Shown: positions 37,313 through 50,917, counted from the whole stretch's first letter. The stretch: 63,843 nucleotides of DNA, filler included, from Perkinsus olseni (GCA_013115125.1; 3 parts of 3 records of this genome joined end to end with filler, not necessarily neighbours in it); one strand, 5' to 3'. Notes: generated from the sequence alone by a model not told the origin. Numbers and translations are program-made.

Positions 37313-38900
37313 ATGAATCGGCTCCTCCGCCTCGTACTGTGCCTGGGTTCACTCCGATCGTGCCAAGGGGTACGGACTGCCGGCCAAACATGGAGAAGTT
37401 TATTCGGCCAGCAACCGAGGGAAGAGAATATCGAAATGGACAACTTGAACCCGGTGGAGAACGGAGTCATCAAGTGGATCGATCCCGAGGTGAGTCCAAT
37501 CATCACAGGAGCTATGCATGGATTTTTCTCAGGACTCTGAAGTGAAACAGAACGTCACAGAAAATACGATATTCTGTGAGTTGAGAACACAGAATAACAT
37601 GGCAGTGTTCTTGGACATCGATCGCCGTACTGGAAAGAAGAGAATAGCTAGAATAGTATGCCCCATTACGGGCTTTGGCACAGTGTCTCCTGAAAATGCT
37701 GTGGAATACGTCCCCGAGACTTTAAAGTGAGTCTATCCCCAATATGCTCTGCCCCATTCGCGTTTTGCCAGTCTCGGCAGTCGTTGTTCTGCTTCTGCTC
37801 TCAGCTCGGATCCACAGGATTACCAAGTCCTGGTGCTGCAATATCTCATCAATCAGGCTGGGTCGCCGCCCATCACCGATGATAATGAGAGAGCCGCGTG
37901 TTTCAATGTCTTCCATAATATATTCGCCTTTTATGCTGAAAGAGTCCCCATAATGATTCCGCACGAACCGAATGAAGCGGAGGATATGGATGAAGTGCTT
38001 CAAATGGATGAACTGACTCCAGCCACAGCCTCGATAGGCCCACAATCACCAGCAACCGTGCGAGAGCCAGTCGCTCCACTCAACCGGCTCAACCGCGAGA
38101 TCTGCCGAAACATCAAGGACGCCAAAGCCCTCCCTGAGGAATTAGAAAAGGGAACATACTCAGAGGGCGTACGTCATACTGGTTCAGTTCAACGACTGCT
38201 CCCGGTCAACAATGCTCTTGTTTCAGTGGTGGAGAATTCGTCAAGTGTTTGACCCTAAGAATGAGCGATTGAAATGCACGATAGTTAAGAGACTCCGGTG
38301 GATCGGATCCCAGACTAGAGATGTGGACATCATCATAGCGGAGGGCGTTATGAGAATTTCTGCGAATCTAGGAGGAAAGAGAGAACCTGTGAGGTAAGAT
38401 GTCGCTCTTTTTCCTCTGAGTTGGATAATGCGTGGGATACCCCGGAGGGATGAAGCAGAAAGCCCCTCTGTTTTTTGACTTGCATAGAGTGATGCTACGA
38501 GAAGAGTGGGGAGTTTACGAATTGGAGAAGCTGTCGATGCTTGTCTGCCGAGAGAGGCCGGTCGTCGAAGATTCCTGTTCCAAACATTCTCGAGATGACC
38601 TTTGCTTGTTCTATCAGGTTGAATGATGCATTGCTTGCGAAGCTTCGAAGCTACGTGGTCTTAAGCAAAGATGAAGGAGCTCCTAGCCGCTGCGAAGTAT
38701 TCATCAAAGGGATGCATCGTCACATTACAAAAGATGAAACCCCCACGGATACTCCAACCCATACCGACACGCAGTATTCTCCGGTGTATAGCGACACGAC
38801 ATCGTCCTCTACTGACTCGCAGGGGAGTTCTTCTTATGCCGACTCGCTGAAGGCAGTCTTCGATTACATCATGGAACACGTTCCCCGAAGTCCTGAGTAG
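37313..38900 (+). CDS. Lineage-specific secreted protein, multi-exon
   Basis: Signal peptide MNRLLRLVLCLGSLRSCQG; successive ORFs are joined by short GT-AG introns; stop at 38900. Confidence 0.65.
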
Positions 38901-39749
38901 GCCCATAGCGAGTCCTTTATCTACTTGTTGATGTGAAAGGATTACACGATGTCCCACTGGCCATGCGCCGAGTTGCTGTATGCTGAGAATGCTCAAGCAT
39001 TGTTGTGTTAAGTCGATAAGCACTAGCATTATGCGAGAGAGTTACTCATCGCCAAAACTCCGCGAGCGAATCCCCAATTTTCTTACTCGCCAATTGCATA
39101 GTGCATGTCTTGAGAACGGCTGCACCCCATTATTATCACGGTCCGAAACAAGTGTATAACAACAGTGTATAACAATGTACACTTGTTGGTGGTCTTCATC
39201 TCTCCCTGCGATGAGTTGTTAGACTCGATGAACACAAGTCGGAAGGGGAATAGGAAGAAAGTCGTTTATGAGTCAATTGAAATACCATCTAATTAGCGTG
39301 TTACGTGTTCCTAACTGTGATGATCTGACGAGGGCCGTCGAGTAGCCTCAAGACCTCTACCGACACCCAATACAAGCAAGAATGCTCAATGGTCTTGACA
39401 GCGAACCAATTGCGCCGGTGAGCTACTGACGACGGCATGAAAGTTGATGAATGCAGAAATGATGATGATTATGATTATGATAACTCTCCTCTTCATAAAC
39501 ACGATATCTAACTAACACTGGTTCAGCCTACTCCACATCGCAACGATGTGTCTTCATACACGATAACTTCGTACAGCGACTTAGCACCGACAAACTCATG
39601 AGGAGGTTCATGACGGGAGCATGCATAATGATGATGGTCTACATGAATTTAGATTACTAATACTATCTGAATCTACCCATGGATATTCACAACTTTAAGT
39701 GGTGATGATTATTATGATATGCTAGTGGGATTCAAGTTTTATCAACGTA

Positions 39750-42700
39750 GCATCAACAGTAGAGGAAGGAGAGGAGCAGACGGTGAATGGGTCGTAAACA
39801 CCTCCTCGGCGGCGGCTATGCGACTTCGATGGAATCAAATAGGCAGACTACAAGCATCGGTGCAGCAGACAGGCGGCAACAACATCATCAGACAGGAGCA
39901 ACAGCAGTAGCTCGAGTGAAACGATAGCAGTCTTCTTGTAAAAGCGGACCTTCCTCCTACTCGTCTACCACATGGGGTACCCTCGGCCGGGAGTGAGGTG
40001 CATTCTAGGAGTGTATCCAGGTGCGGAGTCCTTTGCGTTCACGATTGGCTCGTTCTCGTCCGCGAACTGAAACAATACAGGAGACGACCGTATGAGCTAT
40101 AAAGGCCTCTCTACTCTTACCAGCACCGAGCCCTGTAGGTCACCACTGACCGCCCCTCCATTCGTCGGTGGAGTGTCGGTCAGACCAGAGGGGAGTAGAG
40201 CCCTCTCACGGCGGGGAGTAAGAGTTGCCAATGGGGCACTGTCTGGCCCGAACTTCTCCAAAATCTGCAGCTAGCAATCGCGATAGAAGGCCGAAGATGA
40301 GCTGCCGAGCTAACCTCAAGCAATGCGCTTATTTCCTCCGGCTTGAAGGTGTGGATCCTTGGGGTCAGCCATTCTTGCACTCCCCGCAATATCTGCAGCA
40401 TCAAGACAGAAGTGCGATGCAACAGCACTCGCGTTTTACGCCTTCATTATTGATGGCATCAACCTCCTCAGCGGACATGATGCTGGCAAAGCTCCTCAGG
40501 ACAGCGAGGACGTCGGCTATCTCCAAGTCCTGAACAGAGTAGAGCTTTAGCGATAAGAAGGGAAATGAATCCTACGTGTATACGCGTCTGCATCTCGGAG
40601 GCGGCTAGCCTGACGATAGTCGAGAATGACGTGCTCCTTAGCACAGCAACGAGGCTCTCCCGATCAGTGGACATCGACGGTGTGGGTGGTAGTGTTAGTT
40701 GCGGATGCCTGTGCTGATCAGTCCCGCACGGTTTATCGAGGACCTCAGAGAGGGACCTGATTTTAGCACTGATCCCTCGGCGTGGACAACGCATGCTACC
40801 AATGGAAGGCCGTAAGGAGTGCCACTAGAGCCTGACTCGTGAGGTCCGGCAACTTGGACGTGGGGACCTATTCATGATCCATGGTGCGGCTACGGTCGCA
40901 GCAGAGACGGAGAGACAATCCAAAATCCCCTCCAAGGCCACACCTGCATAAACTGGCACACAGCCAGAATGAGTGCAGCCGGCGGGGAGTAGCTGAGCTT
41001 GTACAAAGCCTGGAGGACCTGAATGCAGGGGACTTGACACAACCAGAGCCCACACCATCCCTCTTCGGGTTGGGAGAGGTGAAGAGAGCGGACCGACCTC
41101 ATCACACAGAGGCAGCATTGAAAGATCGTTACCTACATTAACGACTGCCCCAGGTGAGCATATCATCTGTTGCTGTTGCTGTTGGTTTGTTGTTGATGTT
41201 GTTGTCCTGCCAACACCACTACAGATGCTCATCGAGCACCTGCTGCTGCTGCTGGCTGACGATACAATAGACGCCCGAGTGATCGGTGAGGATCCTCTGT
41301 TACCCGCTGCCACCGTCGAACCGGAGTACATCGGCGAGATCGACGGTGACATCCCTGAGAGAGTGATGCTCAGGGCAGCAGCTCGCGACCGGAGAAGCAC
41401 CACCTGCACTACTAGGGGCAGTCGACCCAACTGAGCATCTCTGAGCAGCCATCAGGATCCTTTCTGGAGACCCCGAATCACGTCCGAGCCCTTCCCACAC
41501 ACCACCGGCAGCATTTAAATGCCCGGGATGGTCGCACCAGGCGACCGAGGCGCCGTCAGAGGATGCGCACTTGCACATGGTGAGATGCACTAGCTGGTCA
41601 GAAAGCCTACTACAGAGCCGCCTCAGCACGTCCTGCCGAGCAAAATTCACTTCGATAATCCCAACAACAGACGCTACCTCATCGCGATAAGATAGAAGAC
41701 CCAATGCACAGATGAAGTTGCAGACGTCCAGGGAGGTGAGCTGGGTGGTAAGATGGTACTCCCCTTTATGAAGACTTCCAGGGACCGTCGACTCACACTG
41801 GAGCGCCGCGCATATTGCCTGAGACAGCAATTACGGCTAGAATGGGGCATGCTCCAATGGAGCGATCGACATGATGACTGACCTCCAAGCAGGCCACGTT
41901 ACGGTGTTGCAGTCTTCCCAAGGCCAATGCTATGTTAGTGAGGGCGCTTACTCGGTACTTCTCAGGGTTAGACGATACATGACTGCACACGGCGGTCATG
42001 AAGTACTCTACATTGGACTGCTGCGGTGGCTCCCATAATAGCAGTCCGAACGAGTATCTTGCAGCGGCCAAGTCAATCATCATAATCATTCCGACTCGGT
42101 AACACCGTACACGATGAGAGCGATATCTCCGGGCTTGAAGTCCCTCAGACGTGGCACCGATGAGGGGCCTGATCGAGCAGGGGCAGGTGTAGGGTCCGCC
42201 ACACGGATACGAGAACGACGGGGAAAATGGCAGCTCAGATGCCCTCAGGTTTAACTTACCGAAAATGTTGGAGGTCCTGGATGCAATACTTATCGTTGGG
42301 GAGGCGTCAGAGTAGCTACTGGCCACTTGCTGCAGCTGCTGTTGTTTGCCTGGACAGCAGAGCATGCCGTTGTTGTTATAACACAGCGTTGGTGATGACA
42401 GAATTCCTTGTACGACCTCGATGAAGAAGGCAGTGTGGACCTGGCCAACAATGACGATCGAAGCGGTTGTGGTAGTATAGATGATGCTACATATCCGAGT
42501 ATCCCATAAGCGTGGACAACACTCGCAATCTCCTGTGATTTGAATGCATTCAATCTGTGGCACATGATCGATCCAAAAGCATCCAGCAGAGGATCATGAC
42601 GGAGACTGAGGCGACACAGTGAGTGACTAAGGAGGAGCACGAGCATCAGCGCTCTACTACCTGAGCTTGGAGAAGGCCACAAGGGTGTTGGCAAAGTCCT

Positions 42701-44771
42701 GCGGGGTGGAGTACTGCGAGAACTGATCTAGTGAACAGAGACGGCCGACGACGTGGTCTGCTATAGCGTTGAGGAAGGCTTCATGGCGGTAACTTGAGCG
42801 GTGAGGGTGAGAACTGTGGCGAGGATTGTGTAGAGTACCCTAGTCCTCCTAGGGCAAACATCGTGTTAGATATCCCCTGCATGTTGAACTCATGCAGACG
42901 AGCGATCATGTTTTCACAGACCTCCCGGCATAGATCATCACACCTGCTGTTTGAGTTAAGCGTGGCTTACCGAAAGATACCCGAGATACTACTTGAAGTT
43001 GACCTTAGCAAAGGCATAGAGAGTATTGGATATGTCCTGGCTTCTGCAGCGGGCCATACCGCGGGTTATCATCTCGTCCGCAACCGATTGACTAAGATAC
43101 ATTCGGGACGATGTTGTCGAACAGGCGAGCGGCCATTAAGCTCACAAGAGAGGGTCACTCCTGTAGGAGAGGAGAGCGTAGCTGTAGGCCACGTTGGACA
43201 TCTCTTGGGCCTTGAAGTTCTGAATGCATCTGACACGATGTAGCTATGCTGATGATGATGATGTCACTCGGACAAACTGCGGCCAACACTCACCCAGGTA
43301 TGTAAGAAGCAACAACGGCAAGGAAGTTATCATGACGATGACCGAGCCGCGCTAGGGCATACCTACGGGAAGCCAACGATGATGATGACAGATGCTAGAC
43401 ACGACGCCTTCATACACGCAATTGGATATCTCTTGCGGCTTGAATTCGTTCAAGCGTGGTGGTATGTGCTCGCACAGTCTGTCTAACAACAACCTGCTCA
43501 TGACCATAACAACGACTCCGCATATCAGCTAGCACGACCATTCACCTGCGACGATCACCAGAGCTGCACCTTAGGAGTCCGAAAGCATACAAGCAATTCG
43601 ATACTCCTTGGGTATCAAAAGACTCGAGGTTAGTCAACATATACCTGGATAAGTAGTCTACAACTACTGCTGGTAGTAGTCGTACGACGGGGCTCACTCA
43701 GTGACGATATCGAGAATGCCCTCGTCCGTGTAGTTGAGCTTGCTGAGGGCCCAGGTAATGTTGCTAACAGCTCTGGTAGTAGCTCCAGGCAGCAATACCC
43801 TAGCCCTCTCCACCAGGCGCACAAAGCGAGCATCCGACGTCACATAAGTCGCCCTAAAGCCGACAGCGCCCTTACTCGGCATGTGGATTATATTCCCACA
43901 TAACACTAGCGTTGGTCGGATTGGCAGACCCTCCACCACCACAGCCGTCATTTGGACGACTCCCCCCTCCTCCACTCTTCGTTATTGCCGTGGCGAGCCT
44001 ACCGAGCATCATCACGCACTCCACGGTAGCCGGGGGTATGGAGCGTTACCTGTGCAGAGCAGTACTGGTATGGATCTCGTTGAACTCGACCCCATCTCGT
44101 TGGAACTCGTCGAAGACACTCAAGATCTCAGCGATAGTACGGCAGGGGTCGCGATACCTGAGGATGCCGCGTACAACCAACAGCCACGAAGATCTCGCCC
44201 CGACATATTAGCGGCTTGCATTATCCTCTGCTGGATGGCCATTTGGACACGCTTGGAGTTGCCACTGTTTTGATGTTGCTCAGCAGCAGCTCCATCAGCC
44301 TTGCGTTGATGAGTTGAGGAATCTTGTTGCTGTTGATGATGACGAGTGGTGGATGGGAATGCCACATGGCTCGACGGCTGCAGCCTTGTGGCCGGCGAGG
44401 TCTGAAGGTGGTGAACGTCGTGGCCCATCAAGAGGAGCTGCGCTCACCTGTCTATAGTAGCGATGGTGATGATGCTGTCGATGGTGCGCCTCATCACCCC
44501 CCATGCCACGATCGTACGGATGTAAGGAGTTGCCACCGCTGTTGACATTCACTCCTCCTGCTCGTCCTCGTCCTCGTCCAGCACCACCCCAACCACAGGA
44601 GGGAGAAGAGCTTATTATGCTCGTAGGGCTGGAGGTGGGGTCCACGCCCGAGGTAGCCGCAGCGGTAGGGGTAGTTGATGTGACAGCGGTGATGAATGGA
44701 GGCTCCGGTAGGAGGGGTGATATCGGCCTAGAGCACCCTTTGACTGAGGTAGAGGGGGTGGTAGTAGGCAT
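39750..44771 (-). CDS. Helical-repeat (OPR/HPR/RAP-associated type) RNA-binding protein, multi-exon
   Basis: Repeats AVSNITWALSKLNY, STPQDFANTLVAFSKL, LNAFKSQEIASVVHAYGILGY, ALTNIALALGRLQHRN, DVCNFICALGLLSYRD and FKPEEISALL. Ends are approximate. Confidence 0.7.
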
Positions 44772-44989
44772 CGATGATGGTGATCAGCAACTGACGGGAA
44801 GACGGCAAGAGTCCGTTGATTAGCTTCTTAGACGTACTCAACTCAAAACTCATTATCGGGCTTACGGTAAGCTCTAGATCAATCACGCTTCAACATAAGA
44901 AGCCACTAACAAGCGCAACATGAGAGGCCCGACCGCAGCTTACCCTCTGACAGTGAATGGTCACAGTAAAGAAAACGGATAATCGACAA

Positions 44990-46871
44990 AGGGTTGACTT
45001 CAATGGCAATTTCCTGCTACGGCACGTGCAGCTCAAAACGCGTCGTTCGTGCATTATGCAAGAACAACGCATAATAGTCGCTCGAGGGGGTCCCGCTAAG
45101 GTGATGAGTGGCACTGTGTCGTTCCAGTTAGAGTAGATGTAACAACCGAGGGATAGTATGAGCTCCTTACAAGAGGCCGTAGTCGCNNNNNNNNNNNNNN
45201 NNNNNNNNNNNNNNNNNNNNNNNNNNNNNNTTAATTAATTAANNNNNNNNNNNNNNNNNNNNNNNNNNNNNNNNNNNNNNNNNNNNAGAACAACAACAAG
45301 AACAACAACAAGAACAACAACAAGAACAACAACAAGAACAACAACAAGAACAACAACAAGAACAACAACAAGATACAACAACAACATAGCGCCAAGATAA
45401 GGCGGTAAAGTTGGTACATCGGCCGTAGTCCATACGGATAAACTATACGCCGTCACCATGTTCGTGAATAGTGGCTCGCGGGGTATCAGGTTTTCTGTCA
45501 GATGTGTATCAGGTAAAATGAAAAAAGGCAGACCCGACCTGAGGCGATCGCAGAAGACGGTAATCCGAGGAGAATTAACCTCGACCGAGCCAATACAGCC
45601 CGCCATGCACGACAGGTGAGAAGCACACCGTGGAATCAGATCATTGCCCATCTTGTAGATGAAACATACTCAATAGTAATGAATGATTACGCTCGAGATC
45701 AGTTCAACGTTATGTGGCGTCGTGCTATAATATATGTGTAGGATTATAATCAGATAGTTTTAGAGAAAATGAACGTAGGATAATCATAAGGATGATATAG
45801 CATGTAAGACACGATACAAGACGCTCATTCAAGATTACTTGATGATCGACGAGCATTGCTCGTGATCTGCTATCTGAGAGGTACGCACGCTTCTCCGCCA
45901 CTACGCTGGACATTGCTCGCAGATAGTTTCAAACTATAGTTCAAACTGCATAGTGGCGGAGGAAACTATTAGTTTCCTTCAACTCACCCAAGTTGCCATA
46001 CTCCCAAGTATGCCGACAACAGCGAGGACACCCATAACGGCTGATATCTCCCTCAGCCACGGCACCGAGATCAGGATGAGCGTTATTGCCGAAAAGATGA
46101 TAATCCACTCGTCAGCTGAAATCGACGTTCGATTATGGAACAGCTCAGCGCAGCGGTCCTGGGTGTAAAGCAATGCTTACCACTCAATGCTGGTGCGATA
46201 AGGGCGGCACATAACCCGATAGCTCCATGGTTTGTGATGAGACAAGAGAAGTATTGTAGAAATATGAGCTGACAGAGATGAAGACTGCCTCAGCTTAACG
46301 AACCCCAGCCGGCAAACGCCACCACATAGCCGGTCAAGAAGTTTTACGAGAGGATGAGGTAGGAGCCCATGCTACTCACCACGGTCATCGCGCTTCTACC
46401 AAAATTTCCTCCACAAAATTCGCCCAGGAACGTAAAATCCCTCTCAAAGGATGGCACTCCTCTACGCTCAGCGTATGCTCCCACCTGAGTTGAAACAGGA
46501 GCATACATCGACTTGCAGAGGAGCTATCGACTAACGGAGCACTCACATTCTCGTCGTTGAGGGTGGTCCTGAGAATCTGAATACAAATGAATGCGAAGCC
46601 CGCAGCCAACGCTTGGATGATGAATGACGTCCAGCCGGCGGTAGTGAACATGAATGGTACGGAGAGGGCTTGAGAAATGAGAGAGTTACAACAAGTAGCA
46701 AAGAAAGTCCTGAAGGGTGAAACTGATAGGGCGTCGGATTCGATGGTGGGTGGCTCACCAGAGGCTGATGCCTTTCTCCATCCGCTCACATACCGCGCCG
46801 GTACCATTATTTACGTCAACGCTCGATGACGCATCAGTATCTTCGTATACCTTGCTTGAGGAGACCGTCAT
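44990..46871 (-). CDS. Amino-acid transporter (Aa_trans/AAAP family), multi-exon, interrupted by gap
   Basis: FFATCCNSLISQALSVPFMFTTAGW, RDFTFLGEFCGGNFGR and WIIIFSAITLILISVPWLREISAVMGVLAVVGILGS match AAAP TM1-TM5 patterns. Confidence 0.75.
45287..45386. repeat. (AAGAACAACAAC)n microsatellite at contig end
   Basis: About 7 copies of the 12-mer. Confidence 0.95.
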
Positions 46872-47534
46872 TAAAATAATAACCGCTAGGGGAGAGTAGA
46901 CTCAGTCAGAAAGTTTCAGTACTCGGAAACTCAGAGGTTCGCGAGAAGGAGAAAAAGCGGACAAACACGGGTCGCTTGTCTCTGTACAGTACACCACCTG
47001 CCACATCTTATTACGGGCACTTGCAGCTTGCAGGCCGCAAGTATCACTGATACTCATCGTGATACTGTATCAGAGGCCCGGAGACGCACAACGCTTCACC
47101 CTTTATTGGAATGCTTGTGCACGCGTACGTCATTCTTTTCGTAATGCTTGTGCACGCGTGCGCGGCCAAACACGAATCATGGGAATTTCACGGGCATCGT
47201 GTTGCACGATGCTCATGGAACATGAGGGCTTCAATGATGCGTATCGCGGTCTTGTTTGAAACAAGGTGTCATAGGAAACAAGTTGTTTCCTATAACACAT
47301 TGAGCAAAGCATGTTAGCCTCATTGCTTGAGAATGCCTCCCGCGGCATCCAAAAATAGTGGATGCTAATCTCGTAGAAGAATTGCAGCCTACCGTAGGCT
47401 GCAAAAACATTTCCATAATCCTTTAGTCCCTGCCAATGGAACGCTCCCGCGAACCTCTGCGAGGCTAAGTTTGCTTCCCTTCATCGCTCATTTGTCCTGG
47501 GGAAATATACAAAATCCGAATCGATGTACACTAT

Positions 47535-47607
47535 TACTCTGAGCGGGACTTGATCCCACAACCTTTCGACTCGCAGTCCAACGCTCTATCAGAATGAGTA
47601 CCACAGC
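47535..47607 (-). pseudogene. Degenerate tRNA-Arg copy (anticodon reads GCG)
   Basis: GCTGTGGTACTCATTCTGATAGAGCGTTGGACTGCGAGTCGAAAGGTTGTGGGATCAAGTCCCGCTCAGAGT aligns to the tRNA-Arg at 58713, with broken stems and T-loop. Confidence 0.75.
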
Positions 47608-47707
47608 TCTGATTATATCGGTACTCGCCTAGGAGGCGACGCCTACTCTGCGGATGCCAGGCGGTGCGGTACGCGCCCGAGCCCTAACGACAATAGCTCC
47701 GAAGGAA

Positions 47708-47856
47708 TGGAACTTAGGACCTAAGATTTAGGTCTAGGTCCTCAAGGTCCCTAAAGGAGTAGTTAGGAGCTGAGGTGGGTATCACAAGACTTAGGAGCTC
47801 CCCAAGGTGCTCCTAAATATTAGGAGCTCAAAAACCTCACGTCGTAGGACCTTTAG
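47708..47856. mobile_element. Solo inverted fragment of the adjacent MITE's subterminal region
   Basis: About 145 nt are the reverse complement of 48721-48866, with scattered mismatches. Confidence 0.8.
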
Positions 47857-47925
47857 CATGCGCCCGACTGAAAATTCCTGAATAGTCGCTGAATGTCTTG
47901 AGCAATTTTCAGTGTTGGAGTTTCT

Positions 47926-48890
47926 GGGCCTATAACTTAGGGATTTCAAGTGCATTTCCTTAAGGAAGTCCTTAAGGGAATTGGGTAAAACCTTAAGGGA
48001 TTGGCTTAGTGGGTATCATAGGGCTAGGACCTAAACCTCAAAGCGTAAGGATCTAAGCTTAGGACCTACGACTTAAGACCTTAAGGTTTTGCTCAAGGAC
48101 CTTAAGGTGTAGGAAAGTCGGTGTCACAACGCTTAGGTACTTTAAAAATCCTTAAGGTTTCCGGCTCCTTAAGGAGCACCGTTCAAGGTTGGTCCGGAGC
48201 AGCCTTTACGGGCCTCCAGACCACTCCTAGCCTGCTGGGCGCGCGATTATAGTATAGATTGTTAATCCGTGGTACGAAACCCACGAAGGTTCTAGTCTCA
48301 CCTTGCCCACTACTCGTCATTCTCATAGTATTAGACTCGTACTACTACCCATGCCCAAACTTTAGTTAGTTTCGCACACACTTTCGCACTAGTTGAGGCA
48401 AAACTCTCGCAGCAGGACCAAAAAGACTATCATCGCTGACCACCCGTCAAGCATCAACGATCATTCAACGCCCGTCAGCGGCGTAACCTATGCCGCGTTG
48501 CACGGCCCGCGTAGTATCTCCTCTCCTTTCTCGTCTGCGGGTTGCAAAGTACAACTTGTACTGTACAAGCCGCAGGCCTCCACATCAGTTACAATTGAAG
48601 ACGTCGTAAGGTGCACTTGTTCGAATAGATATGTTTTATATTTGACATGCCCGTGTCCAGGGTTCGATTGTTGGTACAGCGACTATCCGGGGATTTTCAG
48701 TCGGGCGCACGCTCAACTTACTTAGGTCCTACGACTTGAGGTTTCCGAGCTCCTTACATTTAGGAGCGCCTTAAGGAGCGCCTAAGTCTTGTGATACCCA
48801 CCTAAGCTCCTAACTACTCCTTAAGGGACCTTAAGGACCTAGACCTAAATCTTAGGTCCTAAGTTTCGTGCTTTCCTAAGTTATAGGCCC
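47926..48890. mobile_element. Non-autonomous PIF/Harbinger-like DNA transposon (MITE)
   Basis: 16-bp TIRs GGGCCTATAACTTAGG..CCTAAGTTATAGGCCC, 3-bp TSD TCT (47923-25, 48891-93), subterminal arrays of CTTAAGG/TTAGGACC, no transposase ORF. Confidence 0.8.
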
Positions 48891-49059
48891 TCTGCGTTTG
48901 TGTTACTCATTATGCGCCGCTCGTCTTGTGCATGCGTGCATAGCTAATGCTCCCGCCCCCCCCCCCGGAATAGAACGAGGTAGAAGACTTTACACACCTT
49001 CTCACCTTGTGTTGACTAAGAGCATCAACGGAGAAGCAACAGTTTGCGCCTCGGGTGAC

Positions 49060-49364
49060 TTCAATAATTGAAGTTCAATTACTTCTTCATAGAAATTTGT
49101 GCCTACTGAGTTGGCCCTACTCAGATGGCTGCATTGGAGGTTATGAATTCTGTCAGAGAGCGAGCAAGAAATGATGGTCGTGATTTGTGGGAGATTTGGT
49201 CTCATGGCTCCGCTGATTCTAAGACCGGTCACGAAGGAGCTGGAGGAGCGATTCGGTCAAATAATGGAGCTGAGCCTTTCTGCCAGAAAGTTTCTGGTCG
49301 AAGTCAGCCCCAGTTGGTACGGACCGTGCCAGGATATACTGTTATAGACATACTTCCCCAGTAA
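49060..49364 (+). mobile_element. Possible Mutator-like transposase C-terminal fragment
   Basis: FVPTE...WEIWSH....RSNNGAEPF resembles the MULE LAFLP...W...RTNNxxExF region. Degenerate and unverified. Confidence 0.3.
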
Positions 49365-50131
49365 AAGTGGGCATTTTGAGGTGCGATTTTAAGCCGTGTA
49401 TGGCATACACGGCTTAGAATCTTGGCATACACTGTATGCTAAGAGTTCGTGGAGAAAATATCTTACGACTTTTCGAGTTCTCACCAACTACGAAGAGTTA
49501 GGCCCTGAAACTTGGAGGTTATACTCTGCTAAGCATGAGAACATACCTCCCTGAGTTGCAGTACCGTACTCTTCCACGTGTCAGTGCGCGAGTCGACAAA
49601 CCGAATATGCTCAGATTCTGTGGAGGGGTGTAGCGGCCACGCCTGGAGTCCCACAATGCTTTTTGCTCAAGAGACTGTAACACAAGCGTCGAACGAGTGG
49701 CAATGAAAACCCCTCGTATACGTGAGACTGCGTAAGCTATGTATCTAGTCGCAAAGCTGTGCAACTATAGAGGCAATACAAGAATACGCTCACGAGTGAT
49801 TTTCCTGAATGCCGTTTTGATCATTGACTAGGACAGACTAATGGGTAATATCGAATCGTAACTTCTGTTACAGAAGTTCCATACCGCTGAAGCAGGCGAA
49901 TGTAATGCCTCCATGATGGAGACCAAAATTTGTCCGACATAGTCGAGAGCAGCCCGTACTGATCAGAAGTGAATGAACTGTTTACCGCTGGTTCGCTTGA
50001 CTACAATACAGAGGAGAAAAAATATACCGCAGCACGGACTAATAGTTGAATGAACATCCAGCGATCAAGAACTCCGGAGGCGAACCCCCGCAACAAGTGC
50101 AAGTCGTAGCCAGCGAAGCGGTAGAGTGTCT

Positions 50132-50860
50132 TCACTCGACTCTGTCGAGAGCGAAGACGGATGTTTCACCGACCTCCAGGTAAACTCTCGTTTCTGTAGC
50201 TGCAGCTACAACGAGGATTCCGTTGTCCATTTTTAGGCCGGTTCTCGAACAAGTTTCTCCCACAGATTCGAAGAAATCCCCAACAGTAGTGCTAACGTCA
50301 GCCGCAATGGGCCTCTCGTCCAGCTCGAATGTTGTCGACAACTCAGTGGCTCGGAGAATCGTTCTGCCGAGACTACAACTGACGGTTACTTTCACCTGCC
50401 TTCTAGCCTCTTCGGACAACTCCGCTGCAACCTCCATGGTCAACTTGAAGCTGTCACCCTCACTATAGACATATGTGCCCTCTGATAGAGGGAGAGCATC
50501 TCTGGTGAGAGTGACGAATCCATCTCCGGACCGAACACGGAGAGAGTTCGAGCCAACGACGTTGATCACTGATAACCCGAAACCCAAGTTAGCAGACTGG
50601 ATTTGAAGATCCGAAAGGGACCCGCCGTCTTTGGCTTGGAAGTCAACGAAGTACTTGCCAGGTCCTGCTTCTACGAGAGGATACTGAGCACTGACCAGGG
50701 AATCCTGGCCAGGCAGAGACAGAGTGTATCCAATCTCGCCGGCCTCGCTTATCTCGGCACTCATCTCGGCACGTGGAGTCTGGAGCTTGTATTTACCAAT
50801 GAACAGAGCTCTTGTGCTCATTGTAGTGGCGGCGAGGAAGATCTTGAAGAACTTCATCAT
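50132..50860 (-). CDS. Lineage-specific secreted beta-rich protein, intronless
   Basis: 242-aa ORF with signal peptide; a paralogue lies at 53928-54691. Confidence 0.85.
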   Translation of the reverse strand: MMKFFKIFLAATTMSTRALFIGKYKLQTPRAEMSAEISEAGEIGYTLSLPGQDSLVSAQYPLVEAGPGKYFVDFQAKDGGSLSDLQIQSANLGFGLSVINVVGSNSLRVRSGDGFVTLTRDALPLSEGTYVYSEGDSFKLTMEVAAELSEEARRQVKVTVSCSLGRTILRATELSTTFELDERPIAADVSTTVGDFFESVGETCSRTGLKMDNGILVVAAATETRVYLEVGETSVFALDRVE

Positions 50861-50917
50861 CGATGCGGTGAGGAGTTATAGGGGAAGTAAACGCTAAAGA
50901 TGAAGGATCACGGATGA

